DNA from: an uncultured Acidobacteriota bacterium
Lineage (GTDB): Bacteria > Acidobacteriota > UBA6911
NCBI GenBank assembly: GCA_963827655.1
Contig: CAWHCF010000006.1
Span: 32,001 to 96,000 of the forward strand
Direction: 5' to 3'
DNA length: 64,000 bases
Shown piece after piece: positions 48,952-58,793 of this stretch (position 1 is its first letter; the number at the start of each line of letters is the position of its first letter). The notes under the pieces were generated by a model. The model did no database searches, was not told where the DNA came from, and saw nothing but the letters and a program-made list of their open reading frames with translations. Made by a program: the position numbers and the translations under genes.

Positions 48952-50670
48952 ATGAGCATCGCACTTCTTGCCGCGGTTGTTCTGACGGTGCTGGCCGTGG
49001 GATACGTCCTGTACGGAAGGGTCGTCGCCCGCGTCATGGGTCTGGATGCCGCGAATCCCACTCCAGCCAATACCGTCAATGACGGAGTCGATTTTGTGCC
49101 GACCCGGAAGTTTTATCTGCTGGGCCAGCACTTTTCCGCGATCGCGGCGGCGGGTCCGATCGCCGGACCCATTCTGGCGTGCCAGCAATTCGGCTGGCTT
49201 CCCTCGATTCTGTGGATCGCTCTGGGTGTCGTCTTCATCGGCGCCGTTCACGACTTCTCCAGTCTCATAGCTTCAGTTCGTCACGGAGCGAAGTCGGTGG
49301 CAGAGATCATGCGGGAGCACGTCAGCCGCCGCGCCTGGAAGGCTATGATGACCTTTATCTGGGTCGCCCTGATCTACGTGATCGTTGCGTTCACCGATAT
49401 AACCGCCAGCACCTTCGTGGGTGTCACCCAGGAGTTCCCGCTGGAGAACGTGACCTTCAATGCCGGCGGGGCGGTGGCGCTCGCAAGCACGCTCTATTTA
49501 CTTCTTGCGGTGCTGATGGGATTCATCCAGAAACGCTGGAATCCGCCGCTCTGGACTCTGACGGTGACATTTGTTCCCGCCACCTTCGTCCTGGTATGGC
49601 TGAGCACCAAGGTTTCTACACTGTTTGTTTTCGCCATGGCCAACCCGGCGAAAATGTGGGGCCTGTTAATCTTGGCTTACTGTTTCGCGGCCTCGCTCGT
49701 GCCGGTGTGGAGTCTGCTCCAACCGCGCGGCTATCTCGGCGGGTTTGTCCTTTACGCGGCCCTTGCTGTAGGAGTGATCGGCATGTTCTTCGGCGGTTTT
49801 AACGTCGCCCAGGACTCATTCAAGACCTGGACCGCTACGTCTAGCGACGGCTCGCCTCTTCCCTTGTTCCCCTTCTTATTCGTAACCATCGCATGCGGCG
49901 CCTGCTCGGGTTTTCACGGTCTGGTCTGCTCCGGAACGACCTCGAAGCAGATCTCGCGCGAACCCGACTGTAGACCCGTAGGCTACGGCGCAATGCTGCT
50001 GGAAGGCTTTGTCGCGCTGATCGCCCTGGCAACCATCATGATTGTCGCTCCGGCGCAGACCAAAGGGATTGCCCCAGGGACGATCTACGGCAACGGGATT
50101 GGCGCTTTTCTCACGGTGCTGATCGGCGAAGAACATCGGCTGTTTGCGATTACCTTCGGCGCGATGGCCTTTTCGACTTTCGTATTCGATACGCTGGACG
50201 TGGCGACCCGACTGGGACGTTACATCCTGCAGGAGTTGTTCAGCTGGACGGGCAAGAGCGGCATGATTCTGGGAACGTCCGTCACGCTTCTGCCGGCTTG
50301 CATTTTCATAGCGACTGCCGAGAGAGGCGCGTACTTGAAGTACTGGACGTTGTTCGGCACGTCGAACCAGCTATTGGCCGCACTGACGCTTCTGGCGATC
50401 ACGAGGTGGTTGATGCGGACGGGGCGAAACTACTGGATTACGCTGGCGCCCATGCTGTTTGTTCTGACGGTAACGTTGTGGGCTCTCACCCTGCAGTTCG
50501 CCAACTTCTCGCGAACCGTGATGAATCAGGGTTTCGTGGCGGCAGGATCGACGACGATCAACGCGATCGCCGCTTTTCTCCTGTTGTTGATGACGGCGAT
50601 TATTCTTTGGGAAGCGCGTCGTTCTTTGGGAGGGCCGGGGAAACTGCAACTCGAGGGGGTCAGGCCGTGA
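48952..50670 (+). CDS. cstA: Carbon starvation protein A family transporter
   Basis: DGVDFVPT, HFSAIAAAGPIAGP, GAVHD, TIACGACSGFH, FGTSNQLLA. Confidence 0.92.
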   Translation: MSIALLAAVVLTVLAVGYVLYGRVVARVMGLDAANPTPANTVNDGVDFVPTRKFYLLGQHFSAIAAAGPIAGPILACQQFGWLPSILWIALGVVFIGAVHDFSSLIASVRHGAKSVAEIMREHVSRRAWKAMMTFIWVALIYVIVAFTDITASTFVGVTQEFPLENVTFNAGGAVALASTLYLLLAVLMGFIQKRWNPPLWTLTVTFVPATFVLVWLSTKVSTLFVFAMANPAKMWGLLILAYCFAASLVPVWSLLQPRGYLGGFVLYAALAVGVIGMFFGGFNVAQDSFKTWTATSSDGSPLPLFPFLFVTIACGACSGFHGLVCSGTTSKQISREPDCRPVGYGAMLLEGFVALIALATIMIVAPAQTKGIAPGTIYGNGIGAFLTVLIGEEHRLFAITFGAMAFSTFVFDTLDVATRLGRYILQELFSWTGKSGMILGTSVTLLPACIFIATAERGAYLKYWTLFGTSNQLLAALTLLAITRWLMRTGRNYWITLAPMLFVLTVTLWALTLQFANFSRTVMNQGFVAAGSTTINAIAAFLLLLMTAIILWEARRSLGGPGKLQLEGVRP

Positions 50671-50715
50671 GAACCCACGACCTGACCCCTGGTGAACCTT
50701 GCTTCGCCTGAGATT

Positions 50716-51138
50716 TTATCTTCGGTCTTTATTCTCCGTCTGCCTGTGAAGCAGGTAGCCGGCCCCGGCTCCGATGGCGGCGCCGATCAAGGCGCCTTTG
50801 GTGCCACCCGCGATGGCGCCGGCAGCCGCGCCCGCTCCGGCGCTGCTTCCGATCAGGACCGTCTTTTCTTTGCCGGTACGTTCGACGCGGTGTCCATTGT
50901 TCTTGGTCGCGCCCTCGTAGATTGCGCTCCCGGCTCCGCCGATGATGGCGCCGGCAAGGGCTCCCTTCTTTCCGCCTGTCACCGCACCGATCACGGCGCC
51001 TGCCGCCGAGCTTCCGCCGATGATAAGGGCCTTTTCTTTGGTACTTCTTTCGTTATGGTCGGCCCATACCAGGGAGCTATTGGCGGTCATTCCGACCAGC
51101 AACAGCATCATGAAGAAAACTGATAATTTCTTTGTCAT
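50716..51138 (-). CDS. Exported glycine-zipper (YMGG-like) protein
   Basis: Two GAVIGAVTGGKKGALAGAIIG-type repeats after a signal peptide. Confidence 0.8.
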   Translation of the reverse strand: MTKKLSVFFMMLLLVGMTANSSLVWADHNERSTKEKALIIGGSSAAGAVIGAVTGGKKGALAGAIIGGAGSAIYEGATKNNGHRVERTGKEKTVLIGSSAGAGAAAGAIAGGTKGALIGAAIGAGAGYLLHRQTENKDRR

Positions 51139-51296
51139 CGTTTCCTCCTTGTCCCTCAGACAGAGACGAAAGGAGAGAGACTCCGACGAGCGGAAAGTTT
51201 CATCCCTTCCCCGAGAGGCTTCGCGACAAAGCTCTTAGCGTTTCTTGGAGTCTTCGTGTGCTCGAGGTTGGCTTTTCGAGAGCGTTCGAAAGCTTT

Positions 51297-51782
51297 TCAG
51301 TGACGCGCGGTTTTGTGGAGCGGAGCCGCATTCTCGATGAAACCCAGCGCAGCCGCCACTCTTCTTGCCTTGCGGGCCGGAACAAACTCGACGACGATGA
51401 CCGCCAGCACCAGCAGGATAAGGAAAGCCGGAATCCACGGGCTGTCCAGCGGCGAGGGCCAATCGGTTCGGATGATGATGTAGACGCTCAGGAGGGCGGC
51501 GAAAACCCAGTAGCCATGCAACCAGCGGCTTGCCTTCCGGCTCAAGGGCGGCGCCGGGATCTCTCTCTTGAGCCTGTTGCGCAGCCGATGATTGAAGTCA
51601 TCAGCCAGCAGCGGCGGCTCCATTCCGCGTCGCGCCCGGAGCAGCTCGGCATGAGCCAACCACTGCGCCTGGCAGCTTGCGCATTCTGCTGCATGCCGCT
51701 CGAAAGCCCGCCGTTCCTGGTCTGCATGCGTACCGCTCAACGCGAGCTCGAATTGATCGAATTCATTACAACCGCTTGCCAT
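51297..51782 (-). CDS. Zinc-binding (ZAS) anti-sigma factor with two TM helices
   Basis: HAAECASC (HxxxCxxC); overlaps the end of the ECF sigma gene. Confidence 0.75.
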   Translation of the reverse strand: MASGCNEFDQFELALSGTHADQERRAFERHAAECASCQAQWLAHAELLRARRGMEPPLLADDFNHRLRNRLKREIPAPPLSRKASRWLHGYWVFAALLSVYIIIRTDWPSPLDSPWIPAFLILLVLAVIVVEFVPARKARRVAAALGFIENAAPLHKTARH

Positions 51783-52389
51783 AAGCCACACTCTTCTTCT
51801 GCATTCGAGCATACAGACGCTGGCGTCCTCGATGCAAATAAGATTTCACGGTGCCTGGAGGAACCCCGAGGAATTCCCCGATCTCTTCGATACTGCACTC
51901 CATCCAGTAATGCAGGTAGAGAACCGAGCGGTACAGATCCGGAAGCTGCTCCATGCAACTCCGCACCAGCTGACGCTGCTCTGCGTTCTCGGCAACAGTC
52001 AGCGGGCTCGGCCTCGACCGGTCCGGGAATTCCTGAAGTGCTTCCACCGGAACATGGGGATGGCGGCTCCGCGCACGGCGTTTCGCGTCGATGGCGCGAT
52101 TAAAAGCAATCCGGTAAATCCATGTGCCAAACCGGCTCTCCTGGCGAAAAGTCTCCAGCTGTTTGTACACGATCACGAAAACTTCCTGGGTCACCTCTTC
52201 AGCTTCGGCGGCGCAGGCAGGACCCAGGATGGACAAGACAAGCCTGAACACGCGATCTTTGTAGCGCTCCACCAGAAGCTCAAACAAATCTTCGTCTGAG
52301 GTTCTCAGGAAATCTGCAATGATCTGAGAATCTTCCATTGAAGCGCTGGAGGTCTCAGGTTGCGTGCATGCGGTCACGGCGCCCATCAT
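51766..52389 (-). CDS. ECF RNA polymerase sigma factor
   Basis: AEEVTQEVF, FGTWIYRIAFN, GTVKSYLHRGR; exact start uncertain (52389 or 52338). Confidence 0.9.
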   Translation of the reverse strand: MMGAVTACTQPETSSASMEDSQIIADFLRTSDEDLFELLVERYKDRVFRLVLSILGPACAAEAEEVTQEVFVIVYKQLETFRQESRFGTWIYRIAFNRAIDAKRRARSRHPHVPVEALQEFPDRSRPSPLTVAENAEQRQLVRSCMEQLPDLYRSVLYLHYWMECSIEEIGEFLGVPPGTVKSYLHRGRQRLYARMQKKSVAYGKRL

Positions 52390-52495
52390 CGATTCCAGGA
52401 TGTCAGACCTCGAATATTTTCTTCCTGCGGGCGCGGCTGCCCAGGGCGCCATTTGCGAAAACGAAATACTCGCGGTGTGACACCCGTTTGGAAAC

Positions 52496-52885
52496 CTAAC
52501 GCAGTGATCGGCGAATGAACAGGTAGTATAGAACAAACCCGACCCCGATGAAGCCAGGTATGAGACCTACGCTCCACACTTTGTGTAGCTCGGAGTCCGG
52601 CACTATGAGGAAGGCCGCCACCATTCCGGCTCCGCCGAAGATCAGGATCAGACCGCACCCGAGTGCCAGCTTGGGAATCGCGATCGAACCCGACAGGTAA
52701 TCCAGCAACGAGCCGCTCGGTTCCTCCGCAAGAGTGGGGAATTCCGGCAGCGGAATCCCTTTTTCCATGGCCAGCAGCCTCTCCCGATGAAGCATCTCCC
52801 GCTCCAAATGCCGTTTACGGAGCTTCAGGTATTGTCTCCCCCAGATAAACGCGAGAATCACAGCCAACGCCAGTGCGACTTCCAT
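52496..52885 (-). CDS. Small membrane protein, DUF6249-like
   Basis: HRERLLAMEKGIPLP motif between TM helices; SD AGGAG. Confidence 0.7.
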   Translation of the reverse strand: MEVALALAVILAFIWGRQYLKLRKRHLEREMLHRERLLAMEKGIPLPEFPTLAEEPSGSLLDYLSGSIAIPKLALGCGLILIFGGAGMVAAFLIVPDSELHKVWSVGLIPGFIGVGFVLYYLFIRRSLR

Positions 52886-53057
52886 CGATAGTCTCCTTTT
52901 CGAAATCAGCGTCCTTTTGACGGAGGAACGACGGCTTAGGTGGCAAAAAACAGTAGGCAGTAAGCGGTAGGCAGGGCTACTGCCTGAAAGCCTACTGCAT
53001 GATATGCTCGATGGAGGATGGCTGCAGCCACTGCCTACTGTTTCTGAGGAGTGTGAC

Positions 53058-54305
53058 ATGAAGCTTCAACGCGGAGTCGGAAAAGATCTTCGGGTTGTTC
53101 TATCGATCATTGCCCTGTGTCCGGCCCTTTGCCATGCGCAGGACTGGACGCAATGGCGAGGCTCGAATCGTGACGGCATTGTTATCGGGTTCTCTGAACC
53201 CAAAACCTGGCCGGAGCGCCTGACGAAGAAGTGGGAGGCCACCGTCGGGATCGGGCACTCGTCTCCCGTGGTAGTTGGCCGGAAGGTCTATCTTTTCGCG
53301 CGACAGAAGGAAGACGAGGTTATTTCCTGTCTCGACCTGGACACGGGGAAGGAACTGTGGCGCGATCAGTACCCCGTGCCTTACCAGATGAACCCGGCGG
53401 CAACGACGCACGGCAAGGGGCCGAAATCGACACCTGTCGTCAGCAACGGCAGGTTGTACACCCTGGGAATCAGCGGGATTCTCTCCTGTCATGACGCCCT
53501 GTCAGGAAAGCTCCGCTGGCGCAAAGACTTTGCTTCGCAATTCGCCAGCACTTCTCCCCACTTCGGCACCGCAATGTCGCCGGTAATAGACGCCGGCCTT
53601 CTGATCGCGCATGTCGGAGGTCACGACAGCGGAGCGCTGGCGGCCTTTGATGCCGAAACCGGCGAGCCAAGATGGACCTGGAAGGGGGATGGACCGGGCT
53701 ACGCTTCTCCCCTTGTCGTCGATCTGGGGGGCGTGCGGCAGGTTGTCACACAGTCGCAAAAACAGCTGATTGGAGTCTCGGCATCCGATGGCGCGCTACT
53801 GTGGAGCATTCCGTTTACTACGGCCTACGTCCAGAATGTCGTGACTCCCATCATCTACAAAGAGATGTTGATCTTCTCCGGCCTCAACAAGGGAATAATG
53901 GCCGTCCGGCTCGCCAGGAAGGGGAGCTCCTGGGTGCCGGAAAAAGTCTGGGAGAATTCAGAAATCTCCTTTTATATGAGCACACCGGTTCTCCACGGGG
54001 ACCTTCTGCTCGGAATGTCCAACCGCAACAAAGGACAGTTCGTCTGCCTGGATGCACGCACGGGGGCTCAGGTCTGGGCAGGGGACAGCCGTCAAGGAGA
54101 GAATGCGGCCATAGTGAAAGCCGGAGAGAAGCTGTTTTCCCTGACCACTGACGCGGAGCTGATTGTCTCCCGGATAACTTCCAACGGACTGGAGCCGCTG
54201 AAGCGCTACACCGTCGCAGCCAGCCCGACCTGGGCGCACCCGGTTATCGTCGGCAACCGTGTGCTGATCAAGGACGAGTCTACCCTGGCACTGTGGAGCT
54301 TTTGA
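53058..54305 (+). CDS. PQQ-binding-like beta-propeller protein
   Basis: DWTQWRG.NRDG, SSPVV, LDLDTGKELWR repeats, TWAHPVI. Confidence 0.88.
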   Translation: MKLQRGVGKDLRVVLSIIALCPALCHAQDWTQWRGSNRDGIVIGFSEPKTWPERLTKKWEATVGIGHSSPVVVGRKVYLFARQKEDEVISCLDLDTGKELWRDQYPVPYQMNPAATTHGKGPKSTPVVSNGRLYTLGISGILSCHDALSGKLRWRKDFASQFASTSPHFGTAMSPVIDAGLLIAHVGGHDSGALAAFDAETGEPRWTWKGDGPGYASPLVVDLGGVRQVVTQSQKQLIGVSASDGALLWSIPFTTAYVQNVVTPIIYKEMLIFSGLNKGIMAVRLARKGSSWVPEKVWENSEISFYMSTPVLHGDLLLGMSNRNKGQFVCLDARTGAQVWAGDSRQGENAAIVKAGEKLFSLTTDAELIVSRITSNGLEPLKRYTVAASPTWAHPVIVGNRVLIKDESTLALWSF

Positions 54306-54364
54306 GCCTCCCTGCGCGATTCGCGATTCCGCGTCCGTTGTTCTTTTTCGAAACGACCCGATAC

Positions 54365-54674
54365 ATGTGCGGACGGGCTATCAAGCCCGTCCGGCTCCCG
54401 AGGGGCACTACTGAACTTTTAAGGTTAAGGCTACGATTACGTAACTTGCGACGGGCCAATGGAGACTGTTGCAAAACTCGCCAGTTGATGTGCGGACGGG
54501 CTATCAAGCCCGTTCGGCCCTCGAGGGCCTACTGAACTTTTAAGGTTAAGGCATCGCGATTACGTAACTTGCGACGGGCCGATGGCCCGTCGCCACAGGG
54601 TGCTCTCAGAATGTCTGAGCCACACTACCAGGGGAATCTGAGTCTTGCGACAGTCTCGATGACCCGTCGCCACA
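54365..54674. repeat. Duplicated ~110-bp hairpin-rich unit; the outer copy is interrupted by an element that carries the inner copy
   Basis: ATGTGCGGACGGGCTATCAAGCCCGT...CTACTGAACTTTTAAGGTTAAGGC...GATTACGTAACTTGCGACGGGCC at 54365 and 54488. Confidence 0.9.
54462..54657. mobile_element. MITE-like element family C (196 bp)
   Basis: 18-bp TIRs GAGACTGTTGCAAAACTC / GAGTCTTGCGACAGTCTC (2 mismatches); flanks AATG / GATG. Confidence 0.75.
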
Positions 54675-54751
54675 TTCGGGGAATGGACGTGAAGCCGGCT
54701 GACAAGCCGAATTACTTTGAACCTTGCGCCCAAAACAGAATCTAATGAACC

Positions 54752-55447
54752 ATGATGCGCAGGCATAGTCTCTCAGCCCTGATCCTGTTCCTTGGCCTCA
54801 ATTCCTTCGCTTACACGCACGATAACGATTGTGATCACAACCTGTTGCGACTGCCGGATTATGTGACGATCACGGCTCTCAACGGCACACTGATGGCCCT
54901 CGACTCGATCCATGGCGGAATCGCTTACGAACGGCTCGGACCTGGAGAAGAACTCCGGTACCACTTCGAATCGGGGGTTGTGGGTATTGCACTCACGAAC
55001 TTCCGGATCGTGGGCTTTAGCGCAGCGTCGGGCTCCTGGGCATCGTATCGATTCTTCGGGAATGAAGTTCCTTTGAACGATGGCTTGCGACTCAGCTCGC
55101 GCCTGGCTTTGCTGGTCACGACGCGAAAGGCCGTCCTTTTCGATTCTGCAACCGGAAGCTGGATTCAAACCAACTTGCCCCCTTTCGATTCACCGCTCGG
55201 CCTCTATGTCACGGAAAACCTCGCTCTGGTAGTTACTCAACGGAAAGTGCTCGGCTATTCTGCCGGCTTTTGTGAAGATCAAAGACCCAGAGTGAGGGCC
55301 TGGACCGGGCTCGATCTCCGCATCAAGGAACCCATAACCGATATCGCCGTGGGCGACACCCTGGCTACCCTGGATACGCCTCAGCGATTGCTGGTATTCA
55401 ATGCGGCAAGCGCGTGGTCGTGGGTGGCCAAAAACCGGCTGTTCTAG
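54752..55447 (+). CDS. Hypothetical exported protein with ~40-aa beta repeats
   Basis: Signal peptide; repeated ALxxTxRxxxxFxAxxGSW. Confidence 0.7.
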   Translation: MMRRHSLSALILFLGLNSFAYTHDNDCDHNLLRLPDYVTITALNGTLMALDSIHGGIAYERLGPGEELRYHFESGVVGIALTNFRIVGFSAASGSWASYRFFGNEVPLNDGLRLSSRLALLVTTRKAVLFDSATGSWIQTNLPPFDSPLGLYVTENLALVVTQRKVLGYSAGFCEDQRPRVRAWTGLDLRIKEPITDIAVGDTLATLDTPQRLLVFNAASAWSWVAKNRLF

Positions 55448-55503
55448 CCGAACCGAATTACCCCGACGCTTCGCGTATTTTTAGAGTCTTCGTGTCTTCG
55501 TGC

Positions 55504-55989
55504 TTAGTACGATGGACGCGCTGCCCGCGCAAACAGCGCGCTCGGCAGTCCGACTCCGAGGGCATGAATCAGGAGTCCATTGACGAGCACGGGCAGCGAC
55601 ATCGGTCCCGTGGCGGCCGCCGAAAGCGGAATAACCACACGGTTCATGATCACGAACACAACAACACCATACAGTAGACCACACAGCACGGGGTGGCGCG
55701 TGAGAATGCCCAGCCGGCGGCTCACGAGGTAGTAGACGCAGACAATCCCAAAAGCAATGAAGAAGTGGAGCAGGGCACCGAGCGCGGCGGTCGCAGGCCC
55801 ACCGCGAAAAGCGTCGCGGCCCAGGAGTCCTGCCGCGATGCTTTGGAGTATCCGGACGGGCGTCACTCCCCGCAGGCCGAAGAACACCATCGCATCGATC
55901 AGGTCGAGCACCCCGACCGTGAGCGTGCCAAGAAGCACGGCCTGGGCTGGACTCAACGAGCGACTCGTGTAGGGTTGGCTCTCGGTCAT
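55504..55989 (-). CDS. Hypothetical 4-TM membrane protein
   Basis: ILQSIAAGLLG, LGALLHFFIA, GLLYG..MNRVVIPLS. Confidence 0.75.
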   Translation of the reverse strand: MTESQPYTSRSLSPAQAVLLGTLTVGVLDLIDAMVFFGLRGVTPVRILQSIAAGLLGRDAFRGGPATAALGALLHFFIAFGIVCVYYLVSRRLGILTRHPVLCGLLYGVVVFVIMNRVVIPLSAAATGPMSLPVLVNGLLIHALGVGLPSALFARAARPSY

Positions 55990-56164
55990 CGAACAAATCA
56001 GAATCAGGATACAACGAATTCAGGCCCGATCCAGGATCAATCCAGGATATAGGATTCAGGCCCAACCCACCAGACTCGATCTCTGAATCCTGAATCTTAG
56101 ATCGTTAATCCGTGCCACGCTGCTTTTGCGTGGAACTGATCACAGAACAAGTTCTTTTCTGTTG

Positions 56165-57634
56165 TTACACGATAACCCCCAGTGAAGAACGCTGCGCAGG
56201 GGCTGCCGGACTGTAGGCTTTCCAGGCGCGGCCGAGACGCTCCACGCCTTCCCGGATCTCGTCCAGCTCGAGAGCGAAGGAGAGCCGCAGGAATTGTGTG
56301 CAGCCGTTTCGGGCCGAGCAGATCGGTCCTGGAACCACCGATACGCCGTGGCGTAGAGCAACCTGCGCGAATTCACCCGCGTTGGCCCGAGGCAACCGCA
56401 CCCACAGCGTGAGCCCGCCGGCGGGTCGCTGCCAGGACCACTCCGGCAGGAGCCGGGCAAGCTGTTTCGCCATCACGTCCAGCCGCTCGCGCATCTCGCG
56501 GCGCCGAATCTCCCGAATAGCGCGGGCGCGGGGCAGAAGGCGGGCGGCAATCGCCTGGCTGACCAGCGAACTGCCAAGATCGGCCATGACCTTGAAGCGC
56601 GCCAGCCGGGAGATGATCGGCTCCGGAGCGCGAATCCAGCCGATACGAAGACCTCCCCAGAGCAGCTTGCTGAGCGAACCAATCGTAAGAACCGGCGCAG
56701 ATCGAGCGAAAGAGCCCAGCGGCGGCGGCGGCAGCTGGCCATGATCCAGGTCGGCCAGCGTGTTGTCCTCGATGATCGGAATCTGCTTTTCTTCGGCCAG
56801 CCGGACCATTTCGCGGCGATTCTTTTCCGGCATGACCACTCCGGTCGGGTTCTGAAACGTCGGCATGAGATAGATCAGACTGGGGGTCTCGCCGGCCAAT
56901 GATTCTCGAAGAAGTTCCAGCCGAACCCCATCCCGGCCGACCGGAACAGAAATGAGTCGGGCGCCCGCCGAGGCGAAAACATCGATGGCGCCCAGGTAAG
57001 TCGGTTCCTCAAGAACGACGGTGTCACCCGGCTGGACATAGAGCGCGGTTATCAGGCCGATCGCCTGCTGCGCGCCGTGCGTGACCAGAATCTGATCGGC
57101 AGTTGAAGGGAGACCGGAGTGAGTAAGATGGGCGGCAATCGCCTCCTGCAAGGACGGAAGTCCGAGCGCCATATAGCCGTGGTGCCTGAGCAGCGGCGCG
57201 AGGTCTTCGCGTGCCTGGGCGACCGCCTCCTCAACGAACGGAGCGGCGGCGGGGAGATGGGCGCCGAGGAACTCGATCGTCGAACCATCCGATTCGATCA
57301 GGCCGCGAAAGACCGTGTTGCGCTGGAACGACCTCAAGGCCGCGCTCTCCCGATCGGTCGCGGCGCGTGAGGCGCCGGATCGGCGGACGCGCGTGCCACT
57401 TCCCTGCCGGCTTTCGAGCCACCCTTCGGTCCGCAAAATCTCAAAGGCTCGAACGACCGTGGTGCGGCTCACGGCCAGGGCTTTCGCGAGCGGACGCTCG
57501 GCGGGCAATCGCAGACCCGTAGAAAGATCACCGCGTTCGAGGATGCCACGCAAGGTGTCCGCAAGCTGCAGGTACATCGCCTCCGGTCCGGACGACCAGT
57601 TGCCCAAATTGTGAACCAGCTCAGCCGCTCTCAT
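56165..57634 (-). CDS. MocR/GabR-type GntR regulator (wHTH + PLP aminotransferase domain)
   Basis: LPAERPLAKALAVSRTTVV, THGAQQA, PTFQNPTG, GSLSKLLWGGLRIGW. Confidence 0.92.
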   Translation of the reverse strand: MRAAELVHNLGNWSSGPEAMYLQLADTLRGILERGDLSTGLRLPAERPLAKALAVSRTTVVRAFEILRTEGWLESRQGSGTRVRRSGASRAATDRESAALRSFQRNTVFRGLIESDGSTIEFLGAHLPAAAPFVEEAVAQAREDLAPLLRHHGYMALGLPSLQEAIAAHLTHSGLPSTADQILVTHGAQQAIGLITALYVQPGDTVVLEEPTYLGAIDVFASAGARLISVPVGRDGVRLELLRESLAGETPSLIYLMPTFQNPTGVVMPEKNRREMVRLAEEKQIPIIEDNTLADLDHGQLPPPPLGSFARSAPVLTIGSLSKLLWGGLRIGWIRAPEPIISRLARFKVMADLGSSLVSQAIAARLLPRARAIREIRRREMRERLDVMAKQLARLLPEWSWQRPAGGLTLWVRLPRANAGEFAQVALRHGVSVVPGPICSARNGCTQFLRLSFALELDEIREGVERLGRAWKAYSPAAPAQRSSLGVIV

Positions 57635-57795
57635 AACGCCTGCCTCAAAAAACAGTCCAATAATAGCAAAGTGGATATTGAATTGGAATTAAACTCCGCA
57701 CATCATGACCCAGAATGCTCCAGATTGGATTCTTTGGCTTGTTATGGCGGTCAATTGGCCTGCTTGCTTCCGGGCCCAACCAGAGAGGAAAAGTT

Positions 57796-58740
57796 ATGCT
57801 ACCGAAATACGCCTTCTTCAGAGATCGCATCGTTCCGTACGCTGATGCGAAGGTCGGGGTGCTGACACACGGCCTCAACTACGGTACCGGGTGTTTTGCC
57901 GGGCTTCGAGGTTATTGGAACAGCGACCAGGAGGAACTCTTCGTCTTCCGCCCGCACGACCACTTCAAGCGGTTTCTTGAATCGGCCGCCTTGCTGCGGA
58001 TGGACCTGCCCTACCGACCGGCCGACCTGGTGACCCATCTGTTTGATCTTCTACGCGCCGAGGAGATCAGGACCGACTGTTACATCCGACCGCTGGCGTT
58101 CCTCGCCGATGAAACCCTGGGCGTCAAGCTGCACGGCCTGACTCCTGTGGTGTCGATCGTCGCTTTCCCTTTCGGCAAATTCATCGAGAAAGACGACGGA
58201 GCGCACGTAACCGTTTCAAGCTGGCGCAGGATCGACGACAACATGATCCCGGCCCGCGGCAAAATCACCGGCGGTTATGTCAACTCGGCGCTGGCGAAGT
58301 CCGACGCGCACCATGCGGGCTTCGACGACGCGATCCTGCTTAACCAGGAAGGGCGCGTCTCGGAGGGCCCGACCGCCAATGTCTTCCTGGCCCGCGGCGG
58401 TGCCGTCGTTACACCGCCGGTAACCGACGACATACTTGAAGGCATCGTTCGAAGAACGATTATTTCGCTTCTGCGGGACGAAATAGGCGTGCCGGTCGTC
58501 GAACGTTCTATCGACCGTTCCGAACTGTTCGTGGCGGATGAGGCGTTTTTTGCAGGCACTGGAATCCAGATTGTTCCGATCACGCGTATCGACCACCGGC
58601 CGGTGGGCAACGGACGGCCAGGCGCGCTGACCACCAACCTGAGATCCCTCTACTTCGATGTTGTCCGGGGCCGGGTGGCGAAGTACCGTACCTGGTGTGC
58701 GCCGGTTTACGCGCCTGTGAGCGCGGCGCTTTCTGCTTAG
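57796..58740 (+). CDS. ilvE: Branched-chain amino acid aminotransferase (PLP fold IV)
   Basis: HGLNYGTG, KITGGYVNS, EGPTANVF, ILEGIVR, DEAFFAGTG. Confidence 0.88.
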   Translation: MLPKYAFFRDRIVPYADAKVGVLTHGLNYGTGCFAGLRGYWNSDQEELFVFRPHDHFKRFLESAALLRMDLPYRPADLVTHLFDLLRAEEIRTDCYIRPLAFLADETLGVKLHGLTPVVSIVAFPFGKFIEKDDGAHVTVSSWRRIDDNMIPARGKITGGYVNSALAKSDAHHAGFDDAILLNQEGRVSEGPTANVFLARGGAVVTPPVTDDILEGIVRRTIISLLRDEIGVPVVERSIDRSELFVADEAFFAGTGIQIVPITRIDHRPVGNGRPGALTTNLRSLYFDVVRGRVAKYRTWCAPVYAPVSAALSA

Positions 58741-58793
58741 GAAACCGCGAAGACGCCAACAATCAAACGCGAAGGGTTTACGGAGACACGATC

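Noticed and set aside
54365-54600. Tandem riboswitch upstream of the 54752 gene
   Set aside because: No recognised aptamer or expression platform; TIRs and the split palindrome explain the duplication. An Rfam search would be needed to exclude it fully.
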